Shown piece by piece: positions 58,691 to 64,000 of a stretch of 64,000 nt of DNA (the stretch's first letter is position 1; each line of letters begins with the position of its first letter). The notes beneath the pieces are model-generated. The model worked only from the letters and a program-made list of their open reading frames with translations. It ran no database searches and was not told where the DNA came from. The stretch is from Candidatus Woesearchaeota archaeon (GTDB lineage: Archaea; Nanobdellota; Nanobdellia; Woesearchaeales; SKIA01), in NCBI GenBank assembly GCA_046704725.1, contig JBJKRI010000005.1, positions 192,001 through 256,000 of the forward strand. Reading direction: 5' to 3'. The translations under genes and the position numbers were made by a program.

Positions 58691-59656
58691 TCAGCCAAAA
58701 TAGTCGGGCTTTGAGGAGTGCTCTTCGTCATCGTCATGGCGAATAAAGCCATTGAACCAATCCTTCGTCTGGGGCCAGCGATCCGTGGCTACCTCAAGGA
58801 ATGTTTTGAACATTCCAGCCAGCTCCTCGTGAAACATTGCCAGCTCCGGAAGGGTCGGTCCAAGCGGGTTGTCCAGCTCTGCGTTCAAATATCGCTCAAA
58901 GGTAGCAGCGTCCGAATACCCCGTAATCATGTGATGAAATTCTCTGTGGACCTCGTTTGACTTATCCCACCGGACACGGAGCTTGCCGTCCTGAGTAGAA
59001 AATACCTTGACATCGCCCAGTCGCGTTAGAATTACTTCACCCTCAGGCGGGTTCTCCACCGCATATTCCAGTTTTTGGATGTGGATAACTGCTCTGGGCT
59101 TGATGATCTTAACGTGAAGATCATTCTCTATGCGGCTGATTGTTCGCAGGAGCCAACGATAGAAATTTTCCTTTGCTTCATCCTCCGTGGTGCCTTTGAA
59201 GGATTTCCCGGACATGACCACATCCAGTCTGCGGGTCCCGTAGCACTCCACCCTGATGCCATTGTCGATGTATTGGAACGCTACCGGATTGAACTTCTTT
59301 TGAGCATAGTATATTGAAATCGATGCGCGGACCGCATGAAGCGCAATCAATCCGGACTTGCGCGGTTGCGGGGCCCGGGAGGTCTCGGGGGGTGCAACTA
59401 CGGGGTCAACCTCATACCCCATTTTCCGGAGATTACCTCTATGCTTGTTGGCTCCTTGGCGCGTAATTCCGCAGCGATCGTGGATCTGCTGGTCCGAGAG
59501 CCCTTCGCGTATGTAACCGAGCATCTCTGCCTGTCTTGCAGTCAGGGGCTTGTTCTTGCGCGTCTCATCAACTGTTTCTACCCTCCTACCCCCACGCGAA
59601 GCAACCTTTTTCCCCGCCCTCTTGGTTGCGCCTGCAACCTTCTTCTTGCGGCTCAT
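58691..59656 (-). CDS. HTH-containing protein, candidate replication initiator of the element
   Basis: LTARQAEML...GLSDQQI..RCGITRQ HTH, LHAV, WDKS, C-terminal PDYFG; ATG 59656 overlaps upstream stop. Confidence 0.65.
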   Translation of the reverse strand: MSRKKKVAGATKRAGKKVASRGGRRVETVDETRKNKPLTARQAEMLGYIREGLSDQQIHDRCGITRQGANKHRGNLRKMGYEVDPVVAPPETSRAPQPRKSGLIALHAVRASISIYYAQKKFNPVAFQYIDNGIRVECYGTRRLDVVMSGKSFKGTTEDEAKENFYRWLLRTISRIENDLHVKIIKPRAVIHIQKLEYAVENPPEGEVILTRLGDVKVFSTQDGKLRVRWDKSNEVHREFHHMITGYSDAATFERYLNAELDNPLGPTLPELAMFHEELAGMFKTFLEVATDRWPQTKDWFNGFIRHDDDEEHSSKPDYFG

Positions 59657-59853
59657 TCCCGAGCCTCCAATTGCCAATACCGCAAGAGGTAGTGGAGGTC
59701 TCGACGGCCAATCTCGCTCACCAGCCACTGCACGCGATCGTTCTGATTGGCTATGATGATCGCTTCCGAAACCTGCTTGATGTACTCATCATGTGCCTTG
59801 ATCGCTGCCTTGAGGCGATAGTTAACACTCTGCTCAACATTGCGGAACGTCAT
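59653..59853 (-). CDS. Small hypothetical protein
   Basis: ATGA-coupled on both sides; GAGGTGGAG RBS. Confidence 0.65.
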   Translation of the reverse strand: MTFRNVEQSVNYRLKAAIKAHDEYIKQVSEAIIIANQNDRVQWLVSEIGRRDLHYLLRYWQLEARE

Positions 59854-60224
59854 CGCTCCACCTCCTCTTGGGAGGATTGAGTGGGAGTAGGTTTCCCGGG
59901 CAGTCCACCTACACCCAAGAAACTGCCGCGGGAAACCTGTCCCAAGGTGTCAACACATGGCATGTGCTGAGAGTGATGTCTGTGAGCGCGCTTAGCCATG
60001 GTCTTCTCAAGGCGGGCAGAGGTCCGTCGACCTGCAGCCTTTACCTTTTGGCCGGCTCCCAGAGCTATCACGACCCGCTCAGGCGTGAGTTCTTGGCGGA
60101 TCTTTTGCCGCACCCACTTGGAAAATTCTCTGTCCGGCAGGTGCTTCTCTATCAGCTCCAGCTCCTTCGCGCCCAGGTACACGCAGCGGCGGCGCTTGCT
60201 ATTGGAAGGATTACGCCAGGTCAC
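59850..60224 (-). CDS. Ribbon-helix-helix-like protein
   Basis: RRCVYLGAKELELIEK...FSKWVRQKI; AGGAGG RBS. Confidence 0.6.
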   Translation of the reverse strand: MTWRNPSNSKRRRCVYLGAKELELIEKHLPDREFSKWVRQKIRQELTPERVVIALGAGQKVKAAGRRTSARLEKTMAKRAHRHHSQHMPCVDTLGQVSRGSFLGVGGLPGKPTPTQSSQEEVER

Positions 60225-60381
60225 AGCCTTCCTCCTTGAGCATGTCTGCGAGCTTTTTGCGTTCGAGCGGGTCAGTGACGCCGAGCTTTTCCAGGATTGT
60301 TAGCAGAGGTACATCTCTCTCGATCAGGGCCCGTACTTGCTTGCGCAAGGCTGTCCGACTGAGTCTCTTGCGTTCCCTCAT
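60211..60381 (-). CDS. 56-aa basic helical protein
   Basis: Manual translation MRERKRLSRTALRKQVRALIERDVPLLTILEKLGVTDPLERKKLADMLKEEGCDLA; ATGA overlap. Confidence 0.6.
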   Translation of the reverse strand: MRERKRLSRTALRKQVRALIERDVPLLTILEKLGVTDPLERKKLADMLKEEGCDLA

Positions 60382-60518
60382 CCTTTCGCCACCTCGTCAA
60401 GATGTCGTCTCAGAGCAGCCCTGATGACTGCCGAGCGACTGACGCCTTCCTCGGCGCAAATCTTTTCGATCCAATGGTACAGATCGTCCTCACAGACGAA
60501 CCCGATCACCTGACTCAA
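60378..60518 (-). CDS. CopG-like ribbon-helix-helix protein (46 aa)
   Basis: Manual translation MSQVIGFVCEDDLYHWIEKICAEEGVSRSAVIRAALRRHLDEVAKG; GGAGGTG RBS, TTG start. Confidence 0.8.
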   Translation of the reverse strand: MSQVIGFVCEDDLYHWIEKICAEEGVSRSAVIRAALRRHLDEVAKG

Positions 60519-60649
60519 TCGAACACCTCCTGGAGGCGTCGCTTCACGTAATGGCTCAGGCAGACGAAGCCCGCAAGTGATGCGAGCCTCCTGAGCTTAC
60601 GATGCTCATCCGGAGTGAGCCGGATAGTGACCTTGTGTTCGCGAGTCAT
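60515..60649 (-). CDS. MobC/NikA-like ribbon-helix-helix protein (44 aa)
   Basis: Manual translation MTREHKVTIRLTPDEHRKLRRLASLAGFVCLSHYVKRRLQEVFD. Confidence 0.8.
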   Translation of the reverse strand: MTREHKVTIRLTPDEHRKLRRLASLAGFVCLSHYVKRRLQEVFD

Positions 60650-60916
60650 ACATTGCGCTCACGAGACGGCCCTTTTAAGCACTACTCAACAGTAAGTCCA
60701 CTGTATTGCAAAGTGCTGTGAAATGGCCGAATTCTACGTCTGTGGGCTGCGTACCCTCGCTTCGAAGTTGCTAAGCTGTAACCATGGGCGGCTGACTTTC
60801 TTTCAAGGTGCAATAAGCTCAACGACGCCTTAGGACCGCCTCACGTCGGTATTTGAGCATCTCGAGTTAGGTCCAAAAAGCTGAATGTGATGTATGGAGG
60901 GTTCCATATTGTCACA

Positions 60917-61566
60917 TCAACGCCCACAGCGTGTCGATGAACTTGTCCGTATCTTGAAGTCCACAGATTTACCCAACTTCAGATCAATATCTGTAGTAAG
61001 TGTAACAAAGAAATATTCATCAGATTCTCTCGCACAGGCAAGCGCTTCTTTCTGCGGCTGCGTCAAATATAGTTTCTGATTCGTGTTCTTGATTTCAACA
61101 AACACGGGTCTGACGCGAGTTACCTGCACGGCATCAAGAACTTCAGTCATTCCTTTACTATCTACATAGAAGACGCCGTCAGCTGCTACTCCTTTCACTT
61201 GGTACGCATACAGTAGCAGATCGGGTTCGCAGCGGATAACTTTTCATCAAAGTCCATGTCAGGGTTTAGAGCTTCCAAAACTACTTCTACTGAACTGTCA
61301 ACGTCCTTAGGTATAAAGAAGACCCCTTCTGGTCTCTCGGTAATGTGTAGGGGTAGCTTTCGTGTGAAAATTGTTGTTCTGTACTGAACCGTTTCCACAG
61401 CGGCCGCGGGCGGCGCATGGGGCGATACAACCCAGCCGTCCCCCAGCCACTCCGCAATTAGATCAGCTACTTTCTCCACAAAGATTCTGGCGAGCTTCTC
61501 GGCAATGACTCCTTGCAGGTTGTTCGCGATGCCCTGTGTGATCGGGATCTTCACCTCAGAACTCAT
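60917..61566 (-). pseudogene. PD-(D/E)XK nuclease split by a 1-nt frameshift near 61243
   Basis: QG.IAEKLA in upstream frame; one extra A gives DEKVIRCEPDLLLYAYQVKG...FVEIK...LTQPQ. Confidence 0.65.
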
Positions 61567-61942
61567 CGTCATCTCCGTAAATATCATCCAGATCCCTGCG
61601 AACTGCCTCGGAGATCGCCTGCACTGTTTCTTTGAGCTTGTTGTCTACGTTCCAGTTCGGAACACGTATTGTGTCGTAGCCGTCTTCATGGCTGTAGTGG
61701 GTGCGGTCAATATCGGAAAGGAGTTGTCGACTTGAAGGATGGTGGCTTCCGTCGACCTCGATGTCGAAGCCTCCGACTTCCTCGTCGTCATCATCGTACA
61801 GGATGATTCTGATGTCGATGGTCTTGTGGCCGTCGTGGTATTGCGGAAGCACCTCAAGCACGCCCTCTCTGTACTCAGCGTAGAGTTCTTTGCGTAGCGC
61901 TGCACACAATTTCTTCTCTTGAGGGGTAGCTTGGCCTGTCAC
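61556..61942 (-). CDS. DUF559/Vsr-like endonuclease
   Basis: TPQEKKL..AL, IDI, IEVDG.HH, D..R, GY..IRV.N. Confidence 0.85.
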   Translation of the reverse strand: MTGQATPQEKKLCAALRKELYAEYREGVLEVLPQYHDGHKTIDIRIILYDDDDEEVGGFDIEVDGSHHPSSRQLLSDIDRTHYSHEDGYDTIRVPNWNVDNKLKETVQAISEAVRRDLDDIYGDDDEF

Positions 61943-62793
61943 TATCTCACCTTGATGTTCTTTTCTTTTAGAACTTTCATTTGACGGTCAATTTCTTCTT
62001 CGAAGATCTTCCATCGGAATATCTTACGAAGGACATAGTCTGCGACTGGAGTGATCGAAGGCTGGTCCTGTACGAGCTCGATGAATTCAATCTCCCCGGT
62101 GGCTATCGCTTGTACACTACCCTGTCCTTTGCGAGGGTTCTTGAGCTGGAGCTTTAAGAAGCGATCATCACCAACAAATTCTATGAGGCGGGCTACGAAC
62201 TTGTTCTTGCGATTTCTAAGTTTAATCTTGACAACCGCGCCCTGTTGATGTAGCGTAACAAGGCGGGCCCACTTGCTGAGAACCAAGACGTCCAACCATA
62301 GGAGCGCGACTATGGCCCATGCGGGCGGGTTGATCATCAGCATTCCAATGTTTGCCAACCAGAAGATGTGCTTGAAGTCGCCAAAATTGGCGATTTTTGC
62401 GCCGAACAGGATAAATGATCCATCAGCAAAACTCGCAGCGGCAGCTCGCATGCGCTTGTCGAGCCCCTCAAGCACCATGTATAATGCAATGAGCAGCAAG
62501 ACGTACATCCACGGCGCCCCAGACTGCAGAACTCCTTGCAGCCAGGGCCAGATCGTAACGACCCAGCCTACGATTAGGGCTGGAAGAAGGACGAAGGACG
62601 TAAGGAAGTGCAATCCCTGGTATATCTTGGCGTTGCGCCCTTCTTTCATATTTTGATACTGCCAGCTATTTGCTGTCATTATCGAACCAAAATAGTACAG
62701 CACACCTACGAAGCCTGTGAGCGCAGTTACCAGCAGAACGGGATTGGCAAGTACTTGATCCAGCGCGTGATTAAACAGCTCCCCAACGACCAT
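61942..62793 (-). CDS. Multi-TM protein with C-terminal soluble beta domain
   Basis: About six hydrophobic segments then VKIKLRN...ARLIE...FLKL...I...EIEFIE. Confidence 0.7.
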   Translation of the reverse strand: MVVGELFNHALDQVLANPVLLVTALTGFVGVLYYFGSIMTANSWQYQNMKEGRNAKIYQGLHFLTSFVLLPALIVGWVVTIWPWLQGVLQSGAPWMYVLLLIALYMVLEGLDKRMRAAAASFADGSFILFGAKIANFGDFKHIFWLANIGMLMINPPAWAIVALLWLDVLVLSKWARLVTLHQQGAVVKIKLRNRKNKFVARLIEFVGDDRFLKLQLKNPRKGQGSVQAIATGEIEFIELVQDQPSITPVADYVLRKIFRWKIFEEEIDRQMKVLKEKNIKVR

Positions 62794-62843
62794 GGGGGAA
62801 TAAATGAGACAGGTGACTTATAAGCGATTTGTTGCTCAGAATC

Positions 62844-63194
62844 TCAATCTTCGCTGTTATCCTCGAGCAATTGAGCGTTTGGGAAGCGCTGTTCCAACTC
62901 TGCCAACCCCCCGAAGATCTCGGTGAATGCTGACCTGAGAGACTGAAGGTTTGCCTCAGGGTTGCCAACTTGAAAGTGAATCCGCTGCACGTGTTGCTTC
63001 GAACTGTGACCGCCACCACTGAGAACGCGAATGTCTGCTTTCCCACTCTTGCCACTCACTGTGGTTACTGTGAGATCAAAATCAACATTACCGATAACAG
63101 AGTAACCCTCAGGAAGACCCTCAGCGATCTCCGCCAAGCTCTGGGACACAAAGTCCTTGATGGGACTTCCTTTCTCCGAACCGTTATTTGGCAT
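62844..63194 (-). CDS. Trypco2-like small protein
   Basis: IKDFV..SL.EI..G...VDFDLTVT......G...IRVL.GG......QRIHF.V pattern. Confidence 0.55.
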   Translation of the reverse strand: MPNNGSEKGSPIKDFVSQSLAEIAEGLPEGYSVIGNVDFDLTVTTVSGKSGKADIRVLSGGGHSSKQHVQRIHFQVGNPEANLQSLRSAFTEIFGGLAELEQRFPNAQLLEDNSED

Positions 63195-63336
63195 GCGAGG
63201 ATGTAGTGAATAAATATTCTATAAATCCAGTGGATTTGGTTGGAGTACGGCAGGGTTTCTGGTGAGGCAGCAGGAGGTTTAAATCAGCACTACAGGAACT
63301 TTGGTACTGTGGCTCAGCGATCCCCTGGTTAAGCCG

Positions 63337-63999
63337 CTAATACGGAATCTCCACTTTCTCCAGTTCCTCCTCGACTTCGTTGATGAAGGGACTTGGCGAC
63401 TGTTTCAAGGTGTAGATGTACACGTTCCTCTTCGCTCGGGTCAGTGCAACGTAGAACAGCCTGCGTTCTTCCTCAAGCTTATCATGTTGCCCCATTTTGC
63501 CTGCTGGCTCGAATATCTCCTGGCGTTCAAGGAGACATGGAAAGCCGTATACATCATCGTCCACATTGAGGATAAACACATGTTCGGCTTCGAGCCCTTT
63601 ACTCTTGTGAACACTCATTAGCCGCACAGCGCCTGGTGTCAGTTTGTCAGTCGCAAGCCTGATTCCTCTGGCCTTTGCTGCTTGCTTGAGCGGGTTTATC
63701 AGTGGCGGGCATTGCATTATCCGGCGAAGAATCATAATCTGCTCAGGTCGCACACCTGAATCGATGAGTCCTCGGATTGTATCCATACAGTGGGTTGCTG
63801 TCTGGGTGAAGTACTGCTTCTTGAACTTGGGTTGATGGAGAAGCACGTTCGTAAGGATTCTTCCTGGAGTGTCTGTGGTTGCACGGACGTTCTTGCGGAT
63901 TTGAGCATCACCATTGTGGCTAATCACTGCCTGGCCGATTTCAACTATCTCCGGGCTGCTTCGATAATTACTCTCAAGAATGGTAACTGCAGGATCTGG
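63337..63999 (-). CDS. UvrD/helicase IV-like SF1 helicase, C-terminal part (5' end outside window)
   Basis: LESNYRS, MSVHKSKGLEA, EEERRLFYVALTRAK. Confidence 0.9.
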   Translation of the reverse strand, partial: PDPAVTILESNYRSSPEIVEIGQAVISHNGDAQIRKNVRATTDTPGRILTNVLLHQPKFKKQYFTQTATHCMDTIRGLIDSGVRPEQIMILRRIMQCPPLINPLKQAAKARGIRLATDKLTPGAVRLMSVHKSKGLEAEHVFILNVDDDVYGFPCLLERQEIFEPAGKMGQHDKLEEERRLFYVALTRAKRNVYIYTLKQSPSPFINEVEEELEKVEIPY

Positions 64000-64000
64000 A

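Larger units (their letters stand above)
47866..64000. mobile_element. Integrated element / defence island at tRNA-Glu (right end outside window)
   Basis: Integrase directly after tRNA 3' end; drop in GC; R-M, nucleases, helicases, RHH/HTH module; no second copy of tRNA 3' end seen. Confidence 0.85.

Noticed and set aside
63222-63236. Palindrome AAATCCA-G-TGGATTT sharing TCCAGT with the 32275 dyad
   Set aside because: Different spacing and short match; cannot be separated from chance, though it may be a local operator
47866-64000. attR copy of tRNA-Glu 3' end
   Set aside because: Not found in the intergenic regions inspected; probably beyond the window

Overview
Gene-dense, GC-rich archaeal chromosome segment, most consistent with a DPANN archaeon (Woesearchaeota-like). 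It has archaeal core genes (psmB, aCPSF1, eS1, EF-1beta, Bud32, PolB2, TATA-type promoters, CCA-less tRNAs) mixed with bacterial-type metabolism (ackA, class II fba, ROK kinase, gyrB, and a thyA-glyA-folC-folA operon). Positions 1-47.9 kb are mostly host backbone. This part includes a type IV pilus locus, four tRNAs (Ser, intron-containing Thr, Pro, Glu) and a frameshifted free-standing LAGLIDADG endonuclease beside tRNA-Thr. From tRNA-Glu (47.9 kb) to the window end lies a lower-GC integrated element whose right end is not visible. It carries a tyrosine integrase, a beta-propeller plus UvrD/Cas4-like helicase-nuclease pair, and a Zn-ribbon/N6-MTase/PLD-nuclease restriction-modification module with a palindromic operator. 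It also carries a NucS-like/DUF5655 protein, a coupled operon of three ribbon-helix-helix proteins ending in an HTH Rep-like gene, and a UvrD/Trypco2-like/membrane/DUF559/PD-(D/E)XK cluster. The best candidates for undescribed systems are these island modules. Several small ORFs missing from the supplied track were found by manual translation. All assignments come from motif recognition by eye; no searches were run.
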